The translations under genes were made by a program, and so were the position numbers. Positions 50,807 through 64,000 of a stretch of 64,000 nt of DNA are shown piece by piece. Position 1 is the stretch's first letter. Every line of letters starts with the position of its first letter. The notes beneath the pieces are model-generated. The model was not told the DNA's origin. It ran no database searches and worked only from the letters and a program-made list of their open reading frames with translations. Location of the stretch: contig NC_067399.1 of assembly GCF_016432865.1 (NCBI RefSeq), positions 682,186,001 to 682,250,000 on the forward strand. The letters run 5' to 3'. This stretch comes from Antechinus flavipes. Taxonomy: Eukaryota.

Positions 50807-51636
50807 TACCCCTAAATTAATAATAGTGTAAATTTAGTAAGATTTTTTTTCCTTTGCCTTTATCTCTGGATTATAAACCTAGTAGAGGTACTACTGGAAC
50901 AAAGAACATAATGCAGTTTAGTAAATTTGGAGGCAGAGCTCCAAATGCTTTTCCCAATTGGCTGGTTCAGTTTATGGTTCCAACAATAGTACAACTATGT
51001 ACCTATTTTGTTTAATTTGTTTGGGTATTGTGTGTTCCAATCTATTCTGCTGCTCAATTTTTCTATTTTATTTAACCACTAATAAGATGCTATCTGTATC
51101 CAGAGAAAGAATTGATAACTAGAAGTAAGCACGAAACAATTTTTACATGCTTATACCTATTTGTGTCAAATAGTAACCATCTCTAAGGTAGGGGGATGGA
51201 ACATAAAATTAAAAAAAAGAAATTTACATGACAATTTTGCTATATGTTTGAAAGGAATAGGAAGCTGTGCATAGTAGATTTTTAGTTTCATGAGCAATCA
51301 TTTTTTATTGTACTATTTTTACAAAAATGTTTGTTTTATTCCACAAATTTAAAATCAGATGTGATCATACCAATAGAAAGCACCCAAGGTTTCTTCACAA
51401 TAATTACCACAGGAGACTCTTAGGTGTCATGGCTGCACCTTCTCATTTGACCCGGGTTTGTTTTTCACATCTATCTACAAAGAAGGCACGTGCTCTCCCG
51501 GGCTGCTATGTGGCCGATCTTTACACAATTGTATTAGAGCCTCCGTGGTGCAGACTAAATCCCAGCCCATCATCTTTGCCCACAAAACCACTTCCACTCT
51601 CCACATTAACTCGACTGCGTTCACTTGAACAGTCCT

Positions 51637-51731
51637 GAATGTTGCAGCACCAAGGGCGCTTTTCTGCTTATATATTTTTAACTCTCTTTTATGTTGAGCA
51701 GCATAAGAACATTACCATTTCACTCCCCAAT
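51637..51731 (-). promoter_or_regulatory. Candidate minus-strand core promoter (CCAAT, TATATAA)
   Basis: TATATAAG on the minus strand at 51667-51674, ccaat at ~51727, and CpG enrichment over 51430-51840 with a CACGTG E-box at ~51487. Confidence 0.35.
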
Positions 51732-52859
51732 AAAAAGCAAATGAGATGTAACTGATCATGCTAACAGCCCCAGCAATGGCCACTGAGACTCCCCATTTCT
51801 TTAGCTGAATGCCGCCGTCTGTACATCCGTACACAGGACATGGAGCTATGGTTTCAGTAAATCTAATGTAAGCACAGTTTAAGAACATTAAGGAGCACCT
51901 TTATGAGGAAAATGTATTCCATAATAACTTTAGCTTTTTTTCTTAAGTCTACAATTTACTCCGTTAATAACACTAGGAGAATACATTCTCTGAACCTTAT
52001 ATAAACAATGAAATCCTAACGAGTATTATAAGGCAACAGACATTTTAACAATCTAGCCCGATTTCATTTCAGTGACTTAGAGCTTCAACGAACCTTAGAG
52101 ATTTAGACCAAACACTTCATCTTAACAGGTAAAGAAACTGAGACCCTCAAGAAAGGATTCTGCAATAATCCATACACTTGGTAAAAAAAAACAAACAAAC
52201 AAAATTTAAAAAGAAAAAGAAAATTGGAAAAAAAAAAAAAAGCAATAACAGAGCTTAGGTTGAAATGTAGGTCCTCCGACTCTAAAACTTAATGCTTTTA
52301 TGATTTCAGGCCATATGTTCCTTGGCTCAGACTCAGATTTGTTCAACCAATAATTCAGTGAAGATATGATGAGCAACCCTAGACATGTGTTTTGTGTAGG
52401 CTGTGTCACCAAGGGTGCTGACACTCCCAACTGTCACTCCTGCTCAACACATAGCATCACAGGATACAAAGAAAATTAAACCAAAAATGAGAACTCTAAG
52501 CTATATTTTATAGCTTTCATTCTGATTTGTGAAAAATATATGCCAGAGACATTGAGATCTATTTATGGAAAACTGGTAAAACATATTATAAAGGTGTCTA
52601 GTGAAAGCAGTCAATCATCTGAGTGCCTACTATGTCCCTGGAACCATACTAATTACTGGCAATACAAAAAAAGGCAAAAACTGTCCCTGCTCTTAAAGAT
52701 CTCATATTTGAATGGGAGGAAGAAACTTATTCATAATTGATTAGATAAATGAAGAAGATGGAATGAAAATAAAGAGAAGCGGAGAAGATGGAAAATAACC
52801 TCAGAAGACATCTACAAGAGGTACTAGGGTGGGGCTTCATCTACAGTGGGTCATTTCAA

Positions 52860-53350
52860 GTAAAGTCCATCTCCTCTTCTGATAGGGTTAGTAGACTTCT
52901 AAATGTGGAAGATTCTGCAGCCGTCGCTTTCCTAAAATTCAGCAACACATTTGTTAAAGATTTTCACGATGCCCTTGTGGCCAAGGTGAAGAGATGTGGG
53001 CGAAATGAGAGTACAGTTGTGTACATTTAGAATTGTTTGATACTTTGCCCATAAACAGTCATCATTGTACCAATGTCAAGTTCCAGAGAACTTCAACTGA
53101 CTGCTCTAGTTCAGTGCCTAGGAAGCCAAACGCTATTATTAGTCACTTGAGTGGAGGCACATTTGGTATTTTAACACATTTGCAGATGCCTTAAAATAAA
53201 ACTAGCAAAGCTGGCTACTGTTAGATGGGAGAATATCCAAAAAGGTCTCAAAAGAAGACAACATTCAGAAAATCTAATCTCATCAATTTAGTGAAAATCA
53301 AAATAACGTCCAATGCATGAATTCAAAAATTAATTTCATTTAAGAAATTT
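52860..53350 (+). mobile_element. CR1/L3 reverse-transcriptase fragment
   Basis: Translation DRVSRLLNVEDSAAVAFLKFSNTFVKDFHDALVAKVKRCG resembles CR1 RT DRVTRLVDQGNAVDIVYLDFSKAFDKVSHDILVDKMERCG. Confidence 0.8.
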
Positions 53351-53865
53351 TGGACCTCCCTATTTGAAAGGAGGTTATAGAACTGAAAAAGGATTTGGCA
53401 GAAAGCTAGTGTAGTCTAGCATCTTACACTATATAGAGTAATTAAACTTGACACAGATAGTAACTCTACTATTTAATAAGCAATATAGAAAAAATAAAGT
53501 AGAACAGAAATGGAGTGAATCCTTTCAAACTTCAAGGCCAGAGGGAGAATTCATTATTCAACACAGAATAGAGAGCATAGAAAATGAAGGAAAACAGGTA
53601 AATTCAAATAGATAAAATGTAAGTATTTGCACTAACTCAGTGGAACCATAAGAAGAAAAAATGTCAGATAGTCGAAATGTTTTCTCTTTTACATCTCTTA
53701 TACATAAACACACATATGCATACACTTAAGGACATGTGTTTATATTATCATATGTATATACATGTGTATAGATTACCTATGTGTGTAATAAAGACAAAGA
53801 TTGATAGTCATTCATTAATACAAATATAGTTAAAGAAAATGAAAAACTTCAAAAAACAAGATAGA

Positions 53866-54018
53866 GGGGTAGCTAGATGGTACAGTGGATAGAGCACCGA
53901 TCCTGAACTCAAGAGGACCTGAGTTCAAATCCGGCCTCAAACACTTAATACTTGCTAGCTGTATGACCCTGGGCAAGTCACTTAACCCCAATATCCTCAG
54001 CAAAATAATAATAATAAT
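53866..54018 (+). mobile_element. Full-length WSINE1-like SINE with (AAT)n tail and 8-bp TSD
   Basis: ggggtagctagatggtacagtggatagagcac...gagttcaaatccggcctc. AAGATAGA at 53858-53865 and 54019-54026. Flanks are old L1 sequence. Confidence 0.88.
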
Positions 54019-54299
54019 AAGATAGAAACTTTTAGTAGCATATAAAAATATTACAAATTATTTATATAAGAGAATTGAAAAATAAGGCAGCTGTGGGGCA
54101 TAGTGAATATAGGAAATGACTTAGAGCAAGGAAGTATGAGTTTAAATCTGATTCAGATGTTTCCTGGAAGTGTGACACTGGGCAAGTCATTATTTAACAT
54201 TTATCTGGCTCAGGTTTCTTATTTGTAAAATGTGGATAAAAAAATAGAATCCACGTCCCTTAAAGCTGTTATTTTTTCTTAAGGAAGACACACATAAAC

Positions 54300-54450
54300 A
54301 CGTATATATATGTATGTGATTATATATCCATACACACAAATATATATGCATATGCATACATATGTATGCATATGTGTGTATACATATATACACACATATA
54401 TACACATAATACACATACACACACATATACATACACACACATACACATAC
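54300..54450. repeat. (TA/CA)-rich low-complexity tract
   Basis: Read directly. Confidence 0.9.
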
Positions 54451-56974
54451 ATAGATATTTAATGCCAGCTATAAGATTTGGTTACTTCCAGAAATTATCT
54501 CATCCTCATCACCTTGGCAAACAATATAAATACTAAAGTAATTAGCAGTGGTGTATCTATAAATAAAACAGGTAAATTAATACGATGTTGTTCAAACTAA
54601 AGTTTAGTTCATCTATTCAGTAAAACAATTGGGCATTATGGAAGAAAAAACACAAAAGAAATTCACTCACTAATACCCTGTAATTACACTATCTTACACA
54701 GAGGTCAAAGAGATAAATGACACAAAGTAAAATAATTTTTATTGATAGTTGGTAGATAGATAGATAAATAGATACACAGACAGACAACAACCTTGCGTTT
54801 GTGTATCTATTGTGTGTGCATGTTTTGCATATACACACATGCATACATATGTACATACATACATGCATATTTTCTGGTATTAATAATAACTAGAAACAAT
54901 GAAATAGTCTGTTAATTGAGTATCTGAGCAAATTGTAGGATGTGAATACTATAGAGTATTCATTTTTTTTTCCCACAAGGAACTTGGAAAGGAAGTAAAT
55001 TAGAGACACATAGGAAGAAATTTGTGAATTGATATGCAGTGATGGTATGGAGAATGGAGAATGGTCTAAGCCAGGGCTTCTCCATTGTGTTATATATATC
55101 ATGGAGCCCTTGTGTAGTCATTCTAGTTGACTCAAAAGGTTCCTTCTTAGATGATATCTTTTTTTTTTTTTTAAATAATTGAAGTAAATTCTACATTTCT
55201 GTTAGAGGTTATTGGAAATATCTTTTTAATTTTTATTACCTAACTTTACTGCTCTTCTTCTATTCACATGGCCCCCAAAATTACAATCTTTGTTCTAGAA
55301 ATGACTATAAAATTTAAAAGTAGACCTTAAAGGACAACAGAATTCAGATCAAGTCTCAGGTAAACAAATACACTAATTTTTCCTGGAGAAAACTATGACT
55401 TACAGGTATGAAATAGACCATGCCCTATTAACTTTAGAAAAACTACCAATTTTACTTCACTTTTTTGAGGGAAAGCAGTATATGGAAGCATAATATTTTA
55501 AGTTTGTAGGAGGATGAGTTTATTGGGACTCAACCCTTGTGTTAAACACACTATTAAACCCTAAAAATGTAGATTGCAGTGAATGCTAATTAAGTCTATC
55601 TCAACAGCACTAGGTAAGAAACAATAAATGCCAGGATTCCTGGGCTGCCTAAAGAGGCTTTCTGCCTCCAGAATATGTGCCAGACAATTTTGGTTGCCTT
55701 CCTGGATTAAATTCTACTAAAGTTGCATCCCTTTCTTTGCCTTTTCTCTTGATCAGTACTTGTGTGTTGAACTGTTATCCCTATCAAGATGATTCCAATG
55801 TTGTAATGTACAACCCTAATCCAGTTCCTTAGCTGTCTAATCCCATGTCACTTTTCATCTATCTTTGATCATCAAGTCTTTTAGATACATCAAACCCTGA
55901 TGGATAAGTGGACCTCTAAAACTTAATGTGTCACAGAAAAATTCACTATCTTCCCCCAAAACCTTCCATTATTTTAAGCTATCCTATCACAATTGAGGTA
56001 CCACCATCTTACCGGTCACTCTCACTTGCAAAATTGGGATCATCCTCAAATTCTTATTTGCAATGTATCATTCCATGCAACAAAAATGTTGGATAAGTTT
56101 CTCAGGATTTGTAGGTCCTGATCAAACTCATGTGCTAAGGGAGCAGCAGGCTATATATATATATATAGGTTGGAATTAAATTCTGAATCAAAGGAACAGA
56201 AAGAGTCTAACATGATAAAATGCATAATTTCAGTGCATGCTGTGGAAAAATATTTGCATGAATAAAAATCAAAGCACTTACTTTCAAAAGAGGAGATTTC
56301 CGAGATCTTTGAAGTTCAGATTCTAGGTAACCACTATCAAAGTGAAAGAAGTCCAAAAGTGACCCATAGGACAAAAAGAAGGCAAAATGCTACATAAAAA
56401 AATTCTGTCAAAAACCTTGAGCATTAAAAAGAACATCAAATAAAAAGGAAAGAAAATTCAGTAGTGCTGGACACTATTCTGTAACCACCCGGAAGCACAG
56501 AAGAGAAAGATTATTGTATTCTATAGAGCAAAAGAGTTCCAACATGCAGTCCATGGTGTTAACTGCAAAACTACCCATAACTAGGGATGGGGAAAAAGTA
56601 GGGATTCCAATAAGAGACATTCCAAGCACATCTTACATGGAAACCAAACCTGATCAAATGTTTTGCTTTAAAAATTCCAAGAAATACAAAAAGGTGTGTT
56701 TTTTGTTAAGTGTGGCAATCAAGGGAAACCTCAATAAAAGCACAAGAAAGATCATAAAGAGATTTCTTTCTAAAAATAAGGAGACATGATCAAAGAAACA
56801 AAGCAAAGTCAAATAGGGAAGAAAATCATGGGACACCACAGTGTAAAATTCACAATGTCACTCCTATAAGTTAATAAATATTTCATGATTGTGGTCATGA
56901 TTATGATTCCACTTGTGATTGTTACTGTTGTGTGGAATTCCATGGCAGAATTAGAAGGTACTAAAAAAGGAAGA

Positions 56975-57050
56975 GAGGAGAGGAGAGGAGAGGAAAAGAA
57001 AGGAGAGGAGAAGAGAGGAGAGGAGATGAAAGGAGAAGAGAGGAGAGGTA
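56975..57050. repeat. (GGAGA)n polypurine repeat
   Basis: Imperfect pentamer run read directly. Confidence 0.9.
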
Positions 57051-57079
57051 GTGGTAGGATAGAGTAATATTTGGAGAAT

Positions 57080-59050
57080 AATACTTTTTTTATAAAGTGA
57101 AAGCAAAGTCTAACAACATTTTTTTATCTCTTCCAAAAGAAAGGGATAACATGTAAAGGAAATAAATACCTTTCAATGAGTATCATCCACAGTAATATGG
57201 AGCTAATTAAAACAACTCTTGCTTCTGGAGAAAAAGAATTGAAAATCCCGGGGGCTACTGAGATCCAGAAGATGGTAGGACACAGACTTAAGTATGGGAT
57301 TTATCACATAGAGGGGAAGGAAATGCTCACGGAGAGGGCAAAAGGTAATAAGGAACTGCCCAAACACTGAAAAATTCCCAACATGGGACAATATTCTATC
57401 CTCTCTGTACCTGGGAAGAATTGACTTTTCTAAAAATGAAACACAATAGAAATAGGTCCAAATAGAGTAAGAGCTACCAGGCAATGGCATTAAAAACAGT
57501 TGATTTAAAAATTTTAATTCCACAGCGAGCCTAGATGCCAAAGAAGAAGAAAAAATATAATTATGAGGGTTATGAATGAAACAATTAATAATAACTAAGT
57601 CTAGAATAGATGAAGGAAGAGAAGTGATAGCAAGAACAAAAGAAGTATGCTTTTTAGTAAAAGACAAAGAAAATTAGCAACAGTAGCAGCAACAACAACA
57701 ACCAGATAAATAGAAAGGCAGTGCAGGAAGGAGGATTTTACTTGAATAATTAACTCAAAGGGAAAAGGAGGAGGGAATTAGATAAATATATTAAAGCAAG
57801 AAAGAAAAACAAAGGAGCTAATTAGCTAAGCAAATCCTCACAAATGAAGGAAAAGGGGAATCTAGGGTGGAGGAGGTAATGTAAGTAAAAATAGAGCCAG
57901 AGGAAATAGAGAATAAGGGGTAGATAAAGTAGATTTAGCAAAAGTAACAGAGATAAGGTTCTAGCATTATAGAAGAAAAGAAAAAAAATGTGAATTCAAA
58001 AAGAAGCTATTTGAGGAAGTTATAAAGCTAAATAATACTTTAAATGTGAATGAATTAAACAAACCAATGAAACGGTGGGGGTGGGGGGAAGTGGAGATTG
58101 TCATTATATAAGAAAATAAACTCTTACAGTCTATTGCTTACAAGAAACAAGAAAACCCAAAACACATAGTAAAAGGAGAGGATGAAATAAAATTCACTAT
58201 ATATCTGGCAAATCTGAAAAAAAGAATTTCAATCACGTGATCAAACAAAAGGAAAAAAAGCAATAGGAAAAAATCATAAATAGCAAAGTTACATTATGTT
58301 CAAATAAATTATGGAAAACAGAATATTAAACTTAAAGGCCTTATCATCTAAATTCCTAAAGGAAAAATTAACTTATTTACAAAGATATAGAGGTTAGTCA
58401 TTAGGGGCAAGAAATATCAAAGACCTTTTTTTCATTTCTAAATATTTCTGGAGAAATTAGACCTGTTAGAGATAAGAAGATGATAGATATTTAGACAGAT
58501 AGACAGATAAATAGGTACTATTCACATACATATATTACTTTAAATGAATTGAAAAATAATATATGTATTTCTAAGGTCCACATACAACTTTTACAAAAAT
58601 TGACCTTATTTTAGGGCAAAGATATATTTCAAATACATATTAAAAAGGAAGAAATTATAAATGCATCCTTTACAGATTCAATAAAAAATAGAAGTCATTT
58701 CAGAGTGTATAAGAAATGGATATAGGCCCAAATAGATACTTTACAATGAAATCCTCAGTAATTCATGGGTAAATAACAAGTTGTGGAAATAATTAAAAAT
58801 TTTATGAAAGAAAATAATACTGAAGCAAGATCATAAATTTTATGAATACAGTTATGTATTCCTCAATGGAACATTATGTGCCATTAAACATATATTAATA
58901 AAACAGAAAAAGGGGTATATTAATAAATGGAATATGCATTTTAAAAATTAGAAATTTAACATATATATTATCAATAAACATAAAATAAGCACAAAAGAGT
59001 AGATATAAAAATTAGAAAAGAAATAAATAAGCTAGAAAGAAATACATTTT
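57080..59050 (+). mobile_element. Ancient L1 (ORF1 end, spacer, ORF2 endonuclease start), highly degenerate
   Basis: tttaaatgtgaatgaattaaac (LNVNGLN-like), tattgcttacaagaaac (CLQET-like) and aaaattgaccttattttagggc (KIDHILG-like). Confidence 0.7.
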
Positions 59051-59059
59051 TAAAAGTAC

Positions 59060-59570
59060 ACAGTATGATTGGTTCAAGACTACAAAAAGATCTTGAAAGA
59101 ATGAAGCATTAGTCAATGTAATAAGATGCAATTTATTTGAAAAAATGTAAAGCATTAAATTCAACTTTTATGAATGAATTTTATGAGTTTTAGAAGGGAA
59201 GGAATGTCCAGTTCCTCCCAGAGCATTAATTGGTCTGAAAAAAAAAAAAAAGATGTAAGAATTGTAAAGTCATTGGGAGTCAACAGTGGGATAAGAAAGT
59301 CAACAAAATCTTGAAATTTATGAAAACAGAAAACATGTAACAGATTAAGGAGGCAATTGCTACTCAGTACACTGGCTTCATGAAACCCCAACGAGAATAC
59401 ACTCTCTGAGCTTTGTTTCCTTTTTGAGGGAAGAATAAAGAAGTCTAAAGTACAGATGATGTTGAGGAAGGCAGAAAGTATGGTGAAAGACATGGTGTTT
59501 AGGTCCCATGGGGCAATCTCAAAGGAACAGGAGATATTTCACTGGAGAAAAGAAGCCATGGAGAGAGGGG
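59060..59570 (+). mobile_element. CR1/L3 3' fragment
   Basis: caaaaagatcttgaaagaatgaagcatt...aaaggaacaggagatatttcactggagaaaagaag. Confidence 0.7.
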
Positions 59571-62500
59571 AATGTTAGGTGCTTACTGTGAATTGAGATG
59601 GAAGAGATAAAGATAGGAGAGAAGATTGTTCTTTGATTTACAATTGTCTTATGGAAAATAGGAGATAATGTCTGTTTTCAGAGCCAATATGCTCATCTTT
59701 GGGGTAGAATTTTATGGAACAAAGAAACTGCACATGGTAATAGGAAAAGCACTGGTCAGAAGGGAATCTGGGTGGAAGTCGTGGATCTGCTACTTAAGAC
59801 TCTCAAATTACTTCTCTATGCTCTTCAGGGTTCAGTTTCTTGCCTAGAAACAGTAGATACTCAGACTGGATGATCTCTTGATCTATATATCTCTTTCAGT
59901 TTTAAAATTGTATGAATTAATGCTCCAGCCCCATGTTTTTGTTTCATAGGTCATCCAGAGTTTCTGTTTGCTTTGTGTTGTTTCAAAAGGAACACCTGTT
60001 CTTTAAAAGTCTCACTGGACAGCCCATTTCCACTAGTTAAGCCTAAGGATTTCCCCTTGATTGTCTTCTATCTAATGGTTGTGCTACTCAGACAGCCATG
60101 TTGTGACACATCCTAATATGAGGTAGATCTATAGAATCAGGGTGTCAACTATCCTGTGGAGAACTGCTCAGCCATATTGCAGCCCCAGTTGGTAGATCTG
60201 GGGAGCATGGAAGAAGATCCCGCCAGAAAGTTCCTCCATCCTATACTAAACCTGGGAAAAGGTCGCAAGAAGGTAAAATATTGCCTACAGGCGCTAATGC
60301 GACTGACTACAGCAGTGGTGTTAAGTTCAACATCAAAATGTCTAGCAATGGGTACACAGGACTCTGTGCGTTTTGGAAACTTGTCTCCGCTCATCTACAG
60401 AGGAGACATTTAGTACTTAGCAGAACTGAGAGTGGATCACTGCAGCTAGCTAAATCCACAGGAACTGTCCAGGGTTCCTGTATTGCCAGTTATTGTTCCA
60501 CCAGAGGATGCATCTGACTTAAGAGCTGCATCTAGAATAAGGAAAGGGTTCTGTTTACCGTTGTGAATATTCTGGCTTGAATATCCCAGTATTTAGCACT
60601 AGAGATGCTCCAGAATGAAGGGATTGGTTGAGAAATTATGACTGGCATGAGAGTGGACTAAGGAAAGGAGCTCAGTGATCCAACTGTGATCTGGACAAAG
60701 CACATCAATTTTGCACATTGAAACCCCTCTAGGTCTTTACAAAGATGATTAGAGAGGTTTTATTACTCATTCACTCCTTCAATGTGTGGTTAATTTTTTT
60801 TAATGGTTTTATTTGCAGCCATTTGTTTTTTGAATGGATTGAATATCAAACAAAGTTTTAAAAGAATCAACAATTTCCTGAAACTGGCTCGATTCCTCTG
60901 TTAGGATCCCACATCTATCTTTTGCACAGAAATCAGCTGATTTTCTGGCATTTTGGTTGTTGATAATTATTTTGCTATAATTTTTCCCTTGAGAGTTGGT
61001 TGAAATTTTAATATGTATTATGACAATTTTGATTACAGTGGAGGAGGAAACTAAGAAAGAGAAGACTTCCACCCCACATGGCTAGATTATTGTCGTTATA
61101 AAACTCATTCTACCATCAGCAGCCTTTGCTAATGAGACAGGCTGACAGACACAGGGAAGGCTGGCTTGCAGAATCCTGGCATCAAGATGCAGTTTTCATA
61201 TGCCATGCTGCTTGGCTCTTACTTTACAGATAGGAGAAAGCCTTAGTCACTTCCCAGCTGTTCTGTGGCAGGATAAAATGTTAAATTTAAACCATTAAAT
61301 AATTCTGAAAGCAAAGGAACAGGTGGCAAATGGTTTATATGGCAGATGGTGCCTTTTTTAATATTTGTATTTGATAGTAATTCACACTATGAAGGTCCAG
61401 AATGGCTCACACCAATTTTACCTTTTTCACTCGAATGCTTATGGAATTTTGGGAGAAGAAATAAAAATGAATTCAGCATTTTTTAAAGCTTCACCTCATC
61501 TGCTTTTCTGAAAGTAGGAAAGAATTAAATAAGTTAGCCCCATCCTTAGCTGAATTCATTTTGCTTTCCCTTTGATTCTAACATGATTTCTGAAAAATGT
61601 AAGCAATCCGAATATTAACTGGTAAAGTTTTGACTACAACCATTTTATCTTCATTGAAAAAAAAAAAGTGATTTTTGGTTGTTGTTTTTTTAAATAGAGA
61701 TTCCATTTTTCCAACCAAGAGACATATTTTCTCTTCCAATAGACTTCTTTTTCCCTCAAAATGGAGGTTAAGTATGATGCAAATTGTTTACTGTTTGAAC
61801 TATCTTTCTCAACATTTGCATTCCATCCTACAATTTGGACAGCTTCCCAAAGATTAGTTGGAGATGTGTGAACTAATTAATTTCAAGTTGTCTAATGAAA
61901 AGGGAAAAGAAGTATGATCATATGTTTTTCATATCACTTTTCTTGTTTTTGTCATAAAACTTTGGCAAACACTTATCTTAAGGGAAGTGTAGCTGCTGAT
62001 AATCTTGGGAGAATCTACTTTAAGGCATGTGTGTATTCATGTGTGTGCACAAGTATGACATATATGTAGAAGTAAACACGTATACTGCTGTTCCTCCACA
62101 TTGATGTCCTCTAAAGCCTCAGTGTAACATGAAGACGACCATGGAGTGTTGGAAGTCTGTATTCATGGAAATGAAGATCAGGGGCTTCTACCAAAAGGTA
62201 GAAAAAAAAAGCTTTAAATAAAAGTAGAAATTTGAAGTTTTTATGCAGAATCCAAGCAACTACATAAAAAGTGGTTTCAAAAAGGCACAACGATGGATGA
62301 GTTTTGGGGAGATGAACCATAGTAACCAGTACTCGCCAACCTGAAGACATGAGTTGATAGCCAGTATGAGTGGAGGGAGTGACCACACTTATGGACTTAG
62401 AGACCCCCGTGTCTCCCACAAGTCCTAGCACCCACAGAGAGAAGGGGAGTGCATTATAAGTTGGGAGTGGCAGACTTGCAGTCAACATGACCTACCTCCA

Positions 62501-63179
62501 ACATGTGCAGGAGAGACACCAGGAGTTGCCACAGTTCATAGAGCACTAACTTATAATAATGAACACCCATGAATATTTACTAGTTGTTTGTGTGGGTAAA
62601 AGTTAGTATCTCTTAGCCCCTCTTTCCTCATCTGCAACATGAACATTATAATCAAACTCACCTCCAAGAATTTTTGTAAACCTTAATGTGCTAACCCATC
62701 TAAGGTGCTTTGAAGATCTTAAAGCAGGACAGAAATACTATTACTACTGTTGGTTTGATGACTGCTATTTTATTTGATTTTCCTTCTAAATCTTTTATTT
62801 TATAGCAGTATGAGGAGATATATGTCACATCAACTTATTGACCCTCCATTTTCTTAACCCACAAAAATAAAGGTCGGCACATCACTGGACTGCTATGAAG
62901 ATTGAAGGGAAGAATGTGTCAAAAGCTTAATTTAAAACAAAAGTACTAAATGAGAGCCCCCTATTATTCAAGAGATATATTTCTTGCCATAATATGTCTA
63001 AGCATTGGCTGTGATGTGATGTTCTCAAATTTAATTTTCACTCATTGAATAGATATTTGATTATGTCATATTTGGAAAGCTATAAGACTAAGAGAAAATT
63101 CAACGGATAACTTAAGGGCATTTAACATGCTGCAAAATTTTCCTGAGGATTCATTAAACTTTTGTCTAGAAGCTGCTGT

Positions 63180-63420
63180 GACTTGCTTAGTTTGTTGTAC
63201 AATGTCTTGTGTCTGATTTTTTGGGACCCCATTTTGGGGTTTCTTGGAAAAGATACTGAAGCAGTTTGCCATTTTTTCTAGCTCATTTTACAGATGAGGA
63301 AACAGAGATAAGCAGGTTAAATGGCTTGTGCAGGATCACAGACAGCTAGTAAATGTCTGTAGTCAAATTTGCCTCAGGAAGATGAGTCTTCCTTTATACC
63401 AAGCACTCCATCCCCTGCGC
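63180..63420 (-). mobile_element. MAR1 SINE
   Basis: ggaccccattttggggtttcttggaaaagatactg...ctcattttacagatgaggaaacagag. Confidence 0.88.
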
Positions 63421-64000
63421 CATCTTACTCCCCAATGTACCACTCCTTTCCTTGAAGACCTGATAGATAAAAGGGAAATCCCTTAAAATTGTTCCCTGGT
63501 CTCAAACCCAGCACTTCTCTTTCTTGACCAGCAGAGGGTCTAGTTCAGTAACCTATGGAATACATCTGGTATGAAACCCAGAAAAGCCCAGGCTAAAAAC
63601 CCCAGTCTATGATTCATATTAACCATGTAACCCTGTGGGTTCCTTAATCTCTCAGTTCCCTGGACAAATCTCTAAATTGGGAAGATGCTGAGCTGTAAGG
63701 TGATAGGGACTTTCATCAGTCAGGAGTTCTTTATCAGTGATCTAAACACAATTCCTATGACTAAGGTTAGAATATAAAAGGCTGCAGAGTATGGGAGAGG
63801 CTTTGGAGCATCCATGCCCTATCTGAGATATTCTAGTTATGTGGCTTTTGCCAAGGCTTTTTAACTCACAAAATCCCAAGCAACTCTCTGAGACTCTTGA
63901 GTCATAACTAAACTGCTGATCACTCTACTGATGCACAATGTCCCTAAGCTGGGAAACCACTGCCCCCACTCCTACACCAAAGTGATACTGTTCAGCCCAA

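Noticed and set aside
35281-50831. ORFs spanning N runs (35281-35590, 50496-50831) and His-Thr/Cys-Val repeat ORFs
   Set aside because: Artefacts of assembly gaps and (CA)n microsatellites.
1-64000. CRISPR arrays, rRNA, bona fide tRNA genes, ERV/LTR elements, RSX-like tandem-repeat lncRNA
   Set aside because: No spacer-repeat arrays, rRNA motifs, paired LTRs, gag/pol/env translations or long GC-rich tandem monomer arrays seen.

Overview
AT-rich mammalian genomic DNA, almost certainly marsupial (WSINE1-like and MAR1-like SINEs, marsupial-type L1; an Australian lineage is my inference), from a scaffolded assembly with two N-gaps. Most of the window is interspersed repeat. It holds one very young, 5'-truncated L1 (3613-9356, minus strand, 12-bp TSD, only two inactivating lesions) inserted into an L2 relic, plus many older L1, L2, CR1/L3, MIR and MAR1 fragments and microsatellites. 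I could not recognise any host protein-coding gene. Non-repeat islands carry a convincing CRE/CCAAT/TATA/Inr core promoter on + (~12.3 kb), a weaker TATA promoter on - (~51.7 kb), several splice-site-bounded candidate exons on both strands and a candidate minus-strand poly(A) site (~9.5 kb); all exon models are low confidence. The most striking unexplained structure is a 127-bp, 97%-identical inverted repeat with no recognisable transposon origin (42414-42540 / 43469-43595). It brackets a 42-nt candidate cassette exon and sits in a cluster of YY1-like motifs. Repeat-family names come from recalled consensus sequences, not a search, and coordinates of degenerate repeats are approximate.
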